Shown here: positions 30,576-40,693 of the stretch, one piece after another
Layout of the letters: each line of letters starts with the position of its first letter
How positions within the stretch are numbered: the stretch's first letter is position 1
Virus record (IMG/VR): IMGVR_UViG_3300010167_000010
Span: 96,001-160,000 of that record
Source: a virus
Lineage: Duplodnaviria > Caudoviricetes
Reading direction: 5' to 3' (one strand)
DNA length: 64,000 nucleotides
The notes under the pieces: generated by a model
Seen by the model: the letters and a program-made list of their open reading frames with translations, nothing else
Database searches by the model: none
What the model was told of the DNA's origin: nothing
Translations under genes and position numbers: made by a program

Positions 30576-31159
30576 AAATATTTGATAATGAAATTAAAAA
30601 AATAAATGATGAATCTTTAAAAAGAGCTGTCAAAGATATTTTAATTTTATGTGATGATAAAAATGCCGTTGGCGCCGCATCGTCTTCTGGAAAATATCAT
30701 CCACAATTTAGTTTAGGAGAAGGTGGCTTAATTAGGCATACAAAAGCAGTATGTCTATTTGTAGAAAGAATTCTTTCTATGATGCCACAATATGACAATA
30801 AAGAAGCTTGGGATATTCCTTATTGTGCTGCAATTCTACATGATATGTGTAAATATATAAAAGGTCAAGAATATACTGAAATGCAACATCCTCTTATTAT
30901 GGGAAAAATGATAAGAGAATATGCTAAAGAAAAATTTGCTAATTTTGATAATTTAATAGAAGGCGATTATACTAAAATGTTATTGGTTGCAGATGCTGTA
31001 GAATGTCATATGAGTAGATGGCATACTGATAAAAAAACGGGTAAACCATTAGGAATACCACCTACAAAAATGGAACATTATATTGTTGCTATTGCAGATA
31101 TGATAAGCGCAACTAGAAATATTAAAATTGATTTTGATGAAAATAATAACATCAACTAA
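30557..31159 (+). CDS. HD-domain phosphohydrolase
   Basis: ASSSGKYHP, H, LHDMCK, HM, AD. Confidence 0.8.
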   Translation: MGRKLLKIFDNEIKKINDESLKRAVKDILILCDDKNAVGAASSSGKYHPQFSLGEGGLIRHTKAVCLFVERILSMMPQYDNKEAWDIPYCAAILHDMCKYIKGQEYTEMQHPLIMGKMIREYAKEKFANFDNLIEGDYTKMLLVADAVECHMSRWHTDKKTGKPLGIPPTKMEHYIVAIADMISATRNIKIDFDENNNIN

Positions 31160-31164
31160 TTATT

Positions 31165-31386
31165 ATGAATAAAGCACTTTATTATTTTAAAACCGAGTAT
31201 AATCACGAAGAACATGATTTATATCAATTATATGGTGAAGATTATTCTCATTTAAAATATTGCTTAGAAAAGAAAGAATTATTAGATCCAGCAGACGAAG
31301 TATTAGAAAAAGAAATGAAATGTATTATTGATGCTTTTATGCATGAAAAATTTCAGGAGAATAAAAAAAGAAGACGTGCTTATTAA
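31165..31386 (+). CDS. hypothetical protein
   Basis: ORF in operon. Confidence 0.55.
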   Translation: MNKALYYFKTEYNHEEHDLYQLYGEDYSHLKYCLEKKELLDPADEVLEKEMKCIIDAFMHEKFQENKKRRRAY

Positions 31387-31628
31387 TGAACTTTGTACCG
31401 GGTACTTTAGTAAAAATATCTAATCTCTCAAAATCTAGTTATTATGTTTATAAATCTTATTTACAATATACACCGTTGCTTATTTGTCCATGTCATGTTA
31501 AACGAGATAAAATATTAAGAGTTGAAGATGTATTCGATAATGGATTAGTTATACTATCTATAAAAGGTTCTAAAGCATTAACTATGACTTACAAATCTGA
31601 CTTGGAGGCTATATATGAACGATATTGA
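31386..31628 (+). CDS. hypothetical protein
   Basis: ORF in operon. Confidence 0.5.
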   Translation: MNFVPGTLVKISNLSKSSYYVYKSYLQYTPLLICPCHVKRDKILRVEDVFDNGLVILSIKGSKALTMTYKSDLEAIYERY

Positions 31629-32001
31629 AAAAACAGAAAAATTTTATAATCGTTATTCTAAATATAGAATTATGGAAATACAAACAGATAGAAGATTACA
31701 AGTAACTTCATTTAAACAACTTCTTAAAAATTTTAATCTTTATGATACACCTTCTGATATTTCAGATGAAGAAAACTTTATAGATAAAATAGACCATCTT
31801 TTAAAATCAAACTTATCTCTTTATGAGGTAAAAAATTTTTATAGTTATCTTAAACTCGTGTATGATAAAGCATTATATCAATATCATAATTTTATAGAAA
31901 AAGATTTTGAAGATATTGATAACATTAAGATGAAAAAAGATGAGGAAATTTCTGATTTGAAAACTACCCTCCAAAGAACTACAGATTTACTATTAGATTA
32001 A
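31615..32001 (+). CDS. hypothetical protein ending LLLD
   Basis: GGAGG RBS. Confidence 0.6.
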   Translation: MNDIEKTEKFYNRYSKYRIMEIQTDRRLQVTSFKQLLKNFNLYDTPSDISDEENFIDKIDHLLKSNLSLYEVKNFYSYLKLVYDKALYQYHNFIEKDFEDIDNIKMKKDEEISDLKTTLQRTTDLLLD

Positions 32002-32023
32002 AAATACAGTACTAATTAACAGG

Positions 32024-32752
32024 ATGATAAGCAAAAACTTATTTAAAAATTGGAGTAAAACTGAACTTAAATGGTTCGGTTTTTCTAATTTATTATTATT
32101 TATTTCTATTATTTTCTCAATTCAATTTGCCGAAGGAAATATGTTTTTGTTTAGTATAATTGCTTTAGGAACTATTACAGGAACTTGGGGTGTTATTGCA
32201 GCTACTAAAAGAAAAGTTTCAAATTTTATTATAAATTTTGCATCAATTTTTTTATTAAGTATTGTTTATTTTAATTTACAGCTTTATGCTATGGCTGTTA
32301 CTTATGTCTTATTTTTGATACCAATGCAATTACATGGATTTTATTCTTGGATATCTTTTAAAAATACGCAAAACGATGAAATAATGGTAATTAGAACATT
32401 AAATTCGAGACATAGAATTTGTATATTTTGTATGTTTCTTATAGGTATTATTGCTTTTTATTTTGGTATATATTTTGTTATTGAAACATTTAATATTAGA
32501 GATACTTATACTTTAGTACCATTTTTACAATATTTAGATGTAACTTCTGCATCTAGTAATGTTACTGGTCAATTTTTATTAAATTTAAGATATCTTTTAA
32601 ATCAAAGTATTTATTGGAAAATAGTAAACTTAGTTCAAATACTTACTTTTGGATATATTATTTTTGTTTTAAATGAATTGATATATTTTCCAGTATTTGT
32701 TATGTATATAATCTGGTTTATAAATTCGATGTGGTTTTCTCAAAAAAGTTAA
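32024..32752 (+). CDS. pnuC: nicotinamide riboside transporter PnuC
   Basis: Multi-TM; QLHGFYSW, P..D......GQ.L...Y....W; adjacent to nadR. Confidence 0.85.
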   Translation: MISKNLFKNWSKTELKWFGFSNLLLFISIIFSIQFAEGNMFLFSIIALGTITGTWGVIAATKRKVSNFIINFASIFLLSIVYFNLQLYAMAVTYVLFLIPMQLHGFYSWISFKNTQNDEIMVIRTLNSRHRICIFCMFLIGIIAFYFGIYFVIETFNIRDTYTLVPFLQYLDVTSASSNVTGQFLLNLRYLLNQSIYWKIVNLVQILTFGYIIFVLNELIYFPVFVMYIIWFINSMWFSQKS

Positions 32753-32761
32753 TTTAATTAT

Positions 32762-33730
32762 ATGACAGTTGGTCTTTTCGAAGGAAAATTTTTACCATTT
32801 CATAATGGTCATTTATTTAGTATTATAAAAGTCTCACAAATAGTAGATAAATTATACGTTATATTAAATTTTAATAGAAAAAGAGATTTATATGAATGTA
32901 CTAAAAGTAATTGTAAAGAAATATTTCCAGAAAATCGTTTATCTTGGTTATATCACGAATTAAAGTATTATAAGAATATTAAAATTTCAGCAATAGAAGA
33001 TTTTGATGATATTTATGATTATGAAAAAATGTTACCACAACATATAAAATTATTTGGAAATACTTTAACACATATTTTTTCTTGTGAGCAAAACGATATA
33101 TATCAAAAATTATACCCTAATGCAAAACTCTATATTTTAGATAAATTTATAAATATTAGTTCTTCTCAAATAAGAGAAAATCAATTTAATTATTGGGATC
33201 AAATACCCAATATAGTTAAATCTTATTTTGTTAAAAAAGTTTTAATTACTGGAACTAAAGGTACTGGTAAAACTATATTAGCCCGTAATTTAGCTAAATA
33301 TTTTAATACAAAATATATAAAAGATACAAATTATTTATTTTATAAAAAATATAAATTATTATCACCTGGATTATATGATAATATAGCTATGCAACATCAA
33401 TTAAACATAGAAAAAGCTATTAAACAATCTAATAAATTTTTATTTATAGATACTGATGCTATAATAACTCAATATAATTTAGGAAGAAAATATAATGGAT
33501 TAATGTCAGCAAATATTGATAGAATTATAGATCTTCAAGAATTTGATTTAATAATTGGATTAAGCCCTGAAATGATTAAAGATGATCAAGAAAATGCTTT
33601 AAATGATACTGCATATTTATTTCAATTATATACAAATTTTTATAAAAAGAAAAATATTGTAACTATTGAAGGTGATAATTATCACGATAGATTTATAAAA
33701 TCTATAAATATAATTAAGTCTATAATCTAA
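32762..33730 (+). CDS. nadR: NadR-like NMN adenylyltransferase/ribosylnicotinamide kinase
   Basis: GKFLPFHNGH, ISSSQIRE, P-loop GTKGTGKT, FIDTDA. Confidence 0.85.
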   Translation: MTVGLFEGKFLPFHNGHLFSIIKVSQIVDKLYVILNFNRKRDLYECTKSNCKEIFPENRLSWLYHELKYYKNIKISAIEDFDDIYDYEKMLPQHIKLFGNTLTHIFSCEQNDIYQKLYPNAKLYILDKFINISSSQIRENQFNYWDQIPNIVKSYFVKKVLITGTKGTGKTILARNLAKYFNTKYIKDTNYLFYKKYKLLSPGLYDNIAMQHQLNIEKAIKQSNKFLFIDTDAIITQYNLGRKYNGLMSANIDRIIDLQEFDLIIGLSPEMIKDDQENALNDTAYLFQLYTNFYKKKNIVTIEGDNYHDRFIKSINIIKSII

Positions 33731-34820
33731 ATAAAGTTGAAAATTGATCATTTGTTGGAATAAGAATAGATTCTAATCCACCAAAAGTTAATGTTCCTTG
33801 ATATGGAAAACCATATTCATCAACTTGAGTAAAATCAAAACTCCAATCTACATTATTTACTACTGCTGGTCCCCATGTCATTCTACCCATTCGTATACAC
33901 AATGCACGAGAATCATTTGCTAAAGTAGTTCTAATAACTGTTTCAGTAGTTCTAATTAAATTAGCTTCTATATCAGTAACACGTCTAACTATACCACCAG
34001 CTGCTTCACCATCTTCACCCATTGATCTAGAGTCTGACATAATACCTCTTAGACCAACATCACTTAATGTGGTTAAAAAACCAGCTAAATAAGCTGGTGG
34101 TGTTGGTATCGGGCCCTTGAAATAGTTTTGTTCAGCTTCTAATGGTCTAAATAATCTAGCTAGGGTAATAATTGGACGAACAACTTCATGTTCACCAGAA
34201 AATATTCCTGCCTGCCCAAATTGAAAAGTAAACTTAAGAGATGATGATAGCGATATTGGATTGACTCCTGTCCATGCTGGTGCTTCTTTATATCGAGACA
34301 TAAATCTACCACCTGCTGGAATTGTTCCACCACCAGAACCAGATAACATTGCTACAGCTCTGGCTGCTTCTGCTAATTGTTGAACTTTACTTAATAATCC
34401 CTTATCACTTAATTCGGCCCAAGCTTTTGTATAATTATGTTTATAACCAAATGTAAATGATTTTTCTTCTGGATATAAAAATATATTAGGTGATACTTCA
34501 TTACCTCTCCATGAACCCCAAGCTGAATCATTTGGTTCTGGAGGAGTAGTTCTACCAGCCGAAACTACTGCTAGATCACAAATTTTAAATTTATTTATAA
34601 ATTCGTAAACATGACCTTTTTCATCTGAATAAAGACTACTCTCAAATGTATCGTGTAAAGGATTTTTAGTTCCTACTAATGTTGGGAAATTTTCTCTAGT
34701 ATGTGTATCAGTAGAGTATACTCTTTGAGATATTGTACCAGCTCTTTCTGTTGCTGCTACAGATGTATTAGAATTGGGTGTTCTTCTTAATTCACTATAA
34801 TTTACTCTTCCTATTGCCAT
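33720..34820 (-). CDS. putative tail tube initiator/baseplate protein
   Basis: Follows tape measure; VVNNVDWSFD...DEYGFPY C-terminus. Confidence 0.55.
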   Translation of the reverse strand: MAIGRVNYSELRRTPNSNTSVAATERAGTISQRVYSTDTHTRENFPTLVGTKNPLHDTFESSLYSDEKGHVYEFINKFKICDLAVVSAGRTTPPEPNDSAWGSWRGNEVSPNIFLYPEEKSFTFGYKHNYTKAWAELSDKGLLSKVQQLAEAARAVAMLSGSGGGTIPAGGRFMSRYKEAPAWTGVNPISLSSSLKFTFQFGQAGIFSGEHEVVRPIITLARLFRPLEAEQNYFKGPIPTPPAYLAGFLTTLSDVGLRGIMSDSRSMGEDGEAAGGIVRRVTDIEANLIRTTETVIRTTLANDSRALCIRMGRMTWGPAVVNNVDWSFDFTQVDEYGFPYQGTLTFGGLESILIPTNDQFSTLFRL

Positions 34821-34830
34821 TTAATTCTCC

Positions 34831-37800
34831 TTACGATGACCTAGATGGTGGTGCTGTCCAAGATTGTGGTTTTACAGCTAAACCTTTTAATATTTCACCA
34901 ACATCAGTTCTAATATCTTTTAATATTTCAGATGATTCACTTCCTTGTGCTCCTGGTCCTGCCGCACCTCCCATATTACTTACTGTATTTACTAATTTTA
35001 ATACTGAATCAGCATTTCTACCAAGATTACTTAATGTAGTTAGTACGTTACTTCTTCTATTTAATTTATCTAATTCACTAGCTGTTTCACCTAATCTTCT
35101 ATTTAATTGATTTAATCTATTTATAGCTGGATCTAATTCAGTCATTGGTTTGATTATATTTGTTCTGAAGTTTAAACTGAATTCACTAATAGCATCTGCT
35201 CTATTAGTTAATTCTTGAACTTTAATCATTGCAGCTAATAATGCATCGCTAGCAGTTTTTAAACTACTTGCTCCTCTAACTAAACCAGTAATAAAATTGT
35301 TTTGTTTTTGAGCTTCTTCACCAACTTTTCCTAAAGCTTTGAATACAGTTCCAATAGCCATAATTTTAGCTTCTGCAGCTGCAGTATCTTGTCCTTGCCA
35401 TAATCCTCTAAAGAATTGTCTAGCTCCGCCGCCGCCAGTATTTGCTTCTGCTAACATATTACTTGTCATATTTATTACTCTTTGTAAACTTGGTAGTGCA
35501 TTAGCTAAGGCTGTCATAGATTCTTCGATTGCTGCTGAAGTTCTAACTAAAGACATAATTGGTCTCTCTGCTGCTAATGCAACTAAACCTAGTGCACCTA
35601 ATGCTGCAATAATAAATATTAAAGACATTATTTTCCCCATTGCATTTAAGGCGCCCGACATTCCAGGTGCAATTTTTCCAATTAAACCCAATAATCCACT
35701 TGATGGTGCTTGATCATCTAAAAATACTCCAACAGCTGCTAATGCTCTACTAATAGCTGGCATTGCGGCCGCTAAAGAGTCCATTGCTGCAGGAACTGCT
35801 TCTGCAAATTTCTTTAATCCATTCATAAATGGCCATGCTACTGTTGCAACTATACCTAAAACTGCAATTAAAGCAATTATAATTATTAAACCAATAAGTC
35901 TACCTAAAAGCGAAATCATATTTCCAATTGGTTTCAAGTTAGGGTTTATTAAACCTAAGAAAGTTCCAAGTGCACTTTGCCCTTCACCTAATGCTGCCCA
36001 TACCGCATCAACACCTGAAACTATATCTCTCATAGCTTGTGCTAACATTCCCATTGCGATCGGAACAGCTTCAGCAAATTTCTTTAATCCTAACATTAAT
36101 GGCCAAGCAATAGTAGCTACTAAACCTAATACTGCTACTAATGCAATTATAATTATGAGACCAATAAGAGATCCTAAAATATTTATAACGCCGCCTAATG
36201 GTTTTAAGTCATCACTTAATGCACCTAATAATCCACCAATACCACCTTCACTATTTTCACCTAAAACAGCTGATACTTGTTTCATAGTTTCAGCAATAGA
36301 TTTTATAACGTTAACTAATAATGGAATAGCAACTAGAGCTAATAATCCAAATAATAATAAACCAAGCATTGGTAATACAGCAATTAAAGCAATAAAACCT
36401 ATAATTGCAAAAGCTAATATAACGAGAGCAATTGGTAATAATGCAAGAGCTACAGCAATAAACGCTCCAAAAGGTTGTGGAACGCCAGATAACCATTCGG
36501 GCGTTTCTACTCCTGCTAAGAAATCTCCCATTATAAAGTCCATTAATTTCAAAGTTTCTTTTAATGCTAATCTTAAGAAAATAACAGCAATAAAAATAAG
36601 TAATGAAACTAAAGTTAAAGCTAATACTGGAAATACTGCCATTTTAGCTAGAAAACCTAATATAGCGAATGCTACTAAAATTAAAGCCATAGTTATTACA
36701 CCAATTAAAATTGGTAATAATAATTTTGGATCAAAATGTCGTTGAATTAAAATTAAAGATATAGTCATTAAAATAACTGCAACAGCTATTTGAATGGCAA
36801 TGTCAGCAAAAAATTTCAATGGTATTTTTAATAAGAATGCAATTGTACCAAGAACCATTACACCTAATAAAAATAATGCGATTCCTAAAAGACCTTGTAA
36901 GGCTATTGGAATAACTATACTTGCAACTGCAGCTAACGCAGCGGCAATTAATAATCTTAAAAATACATGTGCCATATCCCCCATTGTTCTAACAAATAAA
37001 GGGGTTGGAAATTTTGATAATAAAAGTAATCCAAAAAACATCGGAATACATGCAATAATAAATAGAACAGATAATAATGCACCTAATGCTGCTGGTATTG
37101 CAAGAACGCCTGCTGCTATAGCAAATATAGCAGCAAATGTAATAGCTTTATATAATATAGCTAAATTTTTTGCTGTTTCACTCCCCATTTTCGCTAAAGG
37201 AGCAATTTTTGGCCAACCTAAAAGAGCAGCTAATAATAAAGAAATTAAAACGAATGGAATTAAGAGCATTGTAAAAACAGTTGCAGGGATTGCTAATGCT
37301 CCAGCAGCTATCGCATAAATTGTTGACCACATTAAAGATTTAAATATAATACCAATTGCAGCTGCACTTTCACTAGCTATTTTAACAGCCGCTGGATTAA
37401 AAAATGCAATTATATTTGCAATTAAAATTACTGCTAAAATAAAAGGTATCATTAATAGGGCAAATACTGTTGCAGGTATTGCTAACGCGCCTGCAGCTAA
37501 AACAGCAAAAATCGCTGTTTTTAATGCGACAAATATTTTAGAAACCGATTCAGCAAATAAAGCAATATCTTTTGCTGCTTCAGCTTGTTCTTTACCTACT
37601 ATTGGTATTTTCCCATCTGCATCTTTAAACAGGGCCTTCTTTAATGCTAAAATAAATTTACCTAATAAAGTAGCAATTACTGGAGCAACTAATAAAAAGG
37701 CAGTTACTGGAATTACATTTTTAGATAAACTTTCTAATGACTTAAATAATTCACTTAAACCTGTCGTTAAATCTTTTAACTTTGTTGAATCTAAAGTTGA

Positions 37801-38412
37801 TGCTTGTTCCATAGCTTTTAAAACGTTTGTAAGCTCATCTAAAGATTTTAATTTTTCTTCATCAATATTTCCAGCTACAATAATTAAAGCACCTGTTTTT
37901 ATACCAGGTCCTTTTACATCGTCTTTAACAGTATTCATATTAGATAAAATTGGTCCAATAGAATCTTTTAAATCATTTAAAGAATTTAAAATATCAGTTC
38001 CTACTGTTACTAATTCATTTATTTTAGAACCTAAGAATAATGGCGGTGATGCAATCTTCGCCGGCAATTTTAAAAGATCATTTTCAGTAACATTTTCTTT
38101 AGAAGGTTCATTTTCTATTTGTTCTGTTTTTCTTTGTTCTTCTAAAGACTGTTCTTCATTTCCTAAAATTTGATTTACAGATCTTATATTTTCTACAACA
38201 ATAGAAAGTTGATTAAAAACTTTTAAAAACTCTTCTGGTAAACCTTGAACTTCTGTTTTGAGAACAGTATCTTTTATTTGATGTAAGCCTTCAATACCTT
38301 CTGCAATTCTATTTAAACCAGTAGTATTAGCGGTGTTTGCAGAGTTTATTTGAGATATTATATTATTAGATGCATTTTCAATACTGCTTGAAATTATAGG
38401 TCCATCAGCCAT
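34831..38412 (-). CDS. tail tape measure protein
   Basis: 1193 aa, Ala/Leu/Ile-rich helical, with internal ~70-aa repeats and long hydrophobic tracts. Confidence 0.75.
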   Translation of the reverse strand: MADGPIISSSIENASNNIISQINSANTANTTGLNRIAEGIEGLHQIKDTVLKTEVQGLPEEFLKVFNQLSIVVENIRSVNQILGNEEQSLEEQRKTEQIENEPSKENVTENDLLKLPAKIASPPLFLGSKINELVTVGTDILNSLNDLKDSIGPILSNMNTVKDDVKGPGIKTGALIIVAGNIDEEKLKSLDELTNVLKAMEQASTLDSTKLKDLTTGLSELFKSLESLSKNVIPVTAFLLVAPVIATLLGKFILALKKALFKDADGKIPIVGKEQAEAAKDIALFAESVSKIFVALKTAIFAVLAAGALAIPATVFALLMIPFILAVILIANIIAFFNPAAVKIASESAAAIGIIFKSLMWSTIYAIAAGALAIPATVFTMLLIPFVLISLLLAALLGWPKIAPLAKMGSETAKNLAILYKAITFAAIFAIAAGVLAIPAALGALLSVLFIIACIPMFFGLLLLSKFPTPLFVRTMGDMAHVFLRLLIAAALAAVASIVIPIALQGLLGIALFLLGVMVLGTIAFLLKIPLKFFADIAIQIAVAVILMTISLILIQRHFDPKLLLPILIGVITMALILVAFAILGFLAKMAVFPVLALTLVSLLIFIAVIFLRLALKETLKLMDFIMGDFLAGVETPEWLSGVPQPFGAFIAVALALLPIALVILAFAIIGFIALIAVLPMLGLLLFGLLALVAIPLLVNVIKSIAETMKQVSAVLGENSEGGIGGLLGALSDDLKPLGGVINILGSLIGLIIIIALVAVLGLVATIAWPLMLGLKKFAEAVPIAMGMLAQAMRDIVSGVDAVWAALGEGQSALGTFLGLINPNLKPIGNMISLLGRLIGLIIIIALIAVLGIVATVAWPFMNGLKKFAEAVPAAMDSLAAAMPAISRALAAVGVFLDDQAPSSGLLGLIGKIAPGMSGALNAMGKIMSLIFIIAALGALGLVALAAERPIMSLVRTSAAIEESMTALANALPSLQRVINMTSNMLAEANTGGGGARQFFRGLWQGQDTAAAEAKIMAIGTVFKALGKVGEEAQKQNNFITGLVRGASSLKTASDALLAAMIKVQELTNRADAISEFSLNFRTNIIKPMTELDPAINRLNQLNRRLGETASELDKLNRRSNVLTTLSNLGRNADSVLKLVNTVSNMGGAAGPGAQGSESSEILKDIRTDVGEILKGLAVKPQSWTAPPSRSS

Positions 38413-38432
38413 AATAATTAGTTTAGTTTATC

Positions 38433-38831
38433 TTAGGCTCGGAGATTTTTTAATAATAATTCCTCATAGTCAGTACTTTCACTATATTTTTCTACAGCCC
38501 TATTTAATATTCTCCACCACCAATAATAATGAAGATTTAATTTAATTGGTGAACCAGATAATGGACATTGATAATCGTCCATTCTTCGATGTATAAATCG
38601 CCTCAAAGTAATTACATTTTTAACATTATATATCTGATCTGGAAAATTAGCTGCTGAAAGAATATGAGCCCTATCTAAAGTAATAGGACTACCCGTTTTT
38701 AATTGATGAAATTCTTTTGCTGTTAAACATTTATCAAATTGACAAGCTTTTTTATCTCGCTTATCAACTAATTTTTTAGTTTCGATCCAACAAGGATCGT
38801 CTGAAGACCTGCGACCGTTGCCATTGCTCAT
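38433..38831 (-). CDS. HNH-type nuclease
   Basis: RD..C...C, AHI, N.ITL...H..MD. Confidence 0.65.
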   Translation of the reverse strand: MSNGNGRRSSDDPCWIETKKLVDKRDKKACQFDKCLTAKEFHQLKTGSPITLDRAHILSAANFPDQIYNVKNVITLRRFIHRRMDDYQCPLSGSPIKLNLHYYWWWRILNRAVEKYSESTDYEELLLKNLRA

Positions 38832-38853
38832 ATTATTTATTTAGTAAATTAAC

Positions 38854-39129
38854 TTATTGCCACGGTTCCCAATCATCAAAACCTTTAATAAAGGCTTCTG
38901 CATCATCTGAGTCTTCTGGAAAACCGAATTCAAAACCGTATTCATTTAATGAATTTACTAATCTTTCTGCATCTTCATTATCATATCCGTTATCCATTAA
39001 ATGTTCTACTTTCTCATCGTCGGCCATATTATATTCGTACATTTCAATTAAAACTGAATTATCGTTTACATAAACAGATTCTTTTAATTTTTTAAATTCA
39101 TTATAAATTTGATCAAATGTTTTTTCCAT
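38854..39129 (-). CDS. small acidic protein, candidate internal head protein
   Basis: MEKTFDQIY...LKES leader. Confidence 0.55.
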   Translation of the reverse strand: MEKTFDQIYNEFKKLKESVYVNDNSVLIEMYEYNMADDEKVEHLMDNGYDNEDAERLVNSLNEYGFEFGFPEDSDDAEAFIKGFDDWEPWQ

Positions 39130-39162
39130 TTTATTTCCTTTAATAGTTAGTTACTAAATATT

Positions 39163-39672
39163 ATGAGTTTACTATTTGAAAGAATATATGCTAAATCTCT
39201 AGAAAATAAAGCTGTAATAAATGATAAAGAAATTCATTTAACTCCTTTAAGAGATGTGTTACGACAAGCTCAAAATTATTTTAAAAGAAACTTATTAGAT
39301 AAAACTATAATTACTAAAGAAAACAAGAAAATATCTATAACAGAAAAAGGGTTTAATGAATTATTTTTCTCTATTGGAGAAGCATTACGAGGTGGCTCAA
39401 AAGGGGCTGCAGATGTTTTTAAATCTAGAGCTGACGATGAAGATTATTGGTATGACATTTTATCTATTGTTGTTTCGTTAGAAGATATTCTCAAAGATAT
39501 GGAATTTGATTATAGTAAACCAAATTATAAACAAGAAAAGAAACCTAATGTAGAAAGATATGATACTTATTCTTGTGAAGTTTTGATGGATGACGAATTA
39601 CATGATACTAAAATACGAGTTGAAGTCGATAAAGATAATAAGAAAAAATATTATTTTCATTATATAGATTAG
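39163..39672 (+). CDS. LPD3/BECR-like putative RNase domain protein
   Basis: AQNYFKRNL...I.ITEKG..E...YYFHY pattern. Confidence 0.5.
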   Translation: MSLLFERIYAKSLENKAVINDKEIHLTPLRDVLRQAQNYFKRNLLDKTIITKENKKISITEKGFNELFFSIGEALRGGSKGAADVFKSRADDEDYWYDILSIVVSLEDILKDMEFDYSKPNYKQEKKPNVERYDTYSCEVLMDDELHDTKIRVEVDKDNKKKYYFHYID

Positions 39673-40259
39673 TCACTTAAAGATATTCCCATATAATAAG
39701 CAACATCTTCAAACATTTCTTCTGTTAAAGTTTGAGTTCCAGCATATTGCGCAAAACGTTCATAATCTAAATCTTTTACACATTGTCGTAAAAGTGATGC
39801 TGATGCTTGTTCAGTTTTATCTAAGCTATTATCATCTCTTTGACCGGCAAGCTCTATTTCTAGCTTATCAAATTTAAAATATTCATTTTCTTTTAATCTG
39901 TCATTAAATTCTTTTATATCATTATATTTTTTAGCTGTTTGAAATTCTTTAACCCGATCACTACCACCAAATAAATAACAAACTTTATATCCCATTTTAT
40001 AAATAATTGATAATGCTTGATATAAATTAGCTGCTTGATCTTTTGAAACTGTAGTATTATCTAAGTCATTAATCATATCTTCAACAAATTTAACTTTATT
40101 GTCAAATGGAAGTGGATTCTTTTTTGGATCACAACTACTACTTAATAATAAAATTGCGTCTGCATCTAATTTTATTGCAAGATCATCCATTTGTTTGGCC
40201 ATTTTTCTATGACCAATTGTAGGAGGATTAAGTCTTCCAAAATTTATTACTGCTTTCAT
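39669..40259 (-). CDS. phage cytidyltransferase-like nucleotidyltransferase
   Basis: FGRLNPPTIGH, KNPL, GSDR, AG.R, SAS.LR. Confidence 0.85.
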   Translation of the reverse strand: MKAVINFGRLNPPTIGHRKMAKQMDDLAIKLDADAILLLSSSCDPKKNPLPFDNKVKFVEDMINDLDNTTVSKDQAANLYQALSIIYKMGYKVCYLFGGSDRVKEFQTAKKYNDIKEFNDRLKENEYFKFDKLEIELAGQRDDNSLDKTEQASASLLRQCVKDLDYERFAQYAGTQTLTEEMFEDVAYYMGISLSD

Positions 40260-40693
40260 TATAATCCTTTCTCATATTCTACAACTGCTAATTTAGCTTT
40301 CATTTTAACTCTATCGTCTTCTAACCAATGAGAATAAACCGGTCTCACTTCACAATGTTTTCTTGCCCACCCACTAAAATCTCGAGGGTAAACTTTTTCT
40401 ATTACTTCATAATCTTTTCCAACACGTTCTAAAACATAATCATTGTGAACTACATATTTTGGCATACCTTTTGTTGGCTTATCAAACAATGTTCCTTCAT
40501 TTAATATATCATCAAAAGATTTTATTTTCTTTTCTTTTCTTTTTAATTTATAAACATATTTCATAGCATCTTCTTTAGTTTCAAAATAATCTATAAAGGC
40601 ATTATCCATAATTAATCCTACTTTTTTATAGCGCATATCTGGATCATAAAATAATTCATACCCTTTTCTTTTTATAAATGGTTCTCTTATCAA
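40259..40693 (-). CDS. hypothetical protein
   Basis: Internal KSFDDILNEG motif. Confidence 0.6.
   Translation of the reverse strand: MIREPFIKRKGYELFYDPDMRYKKVGLIMDNAFIDYFETKEDAMKYVYKLKRKEKKIKSFDDILNEGTLFDKPTKGMPKYVVHNDYVLERVGKDYEVIEKVYPRDFSGWARKHCEVRPVYSHWLEDDRVKMKAKLAVVEYEKGL

Noticed and set aside
34778-37318. Plus-strand ORFs antisense to the tape measure gene
   Set aside because: Shadow frames of Ala/Ile/Leu-rich coding sequence, with no RBS
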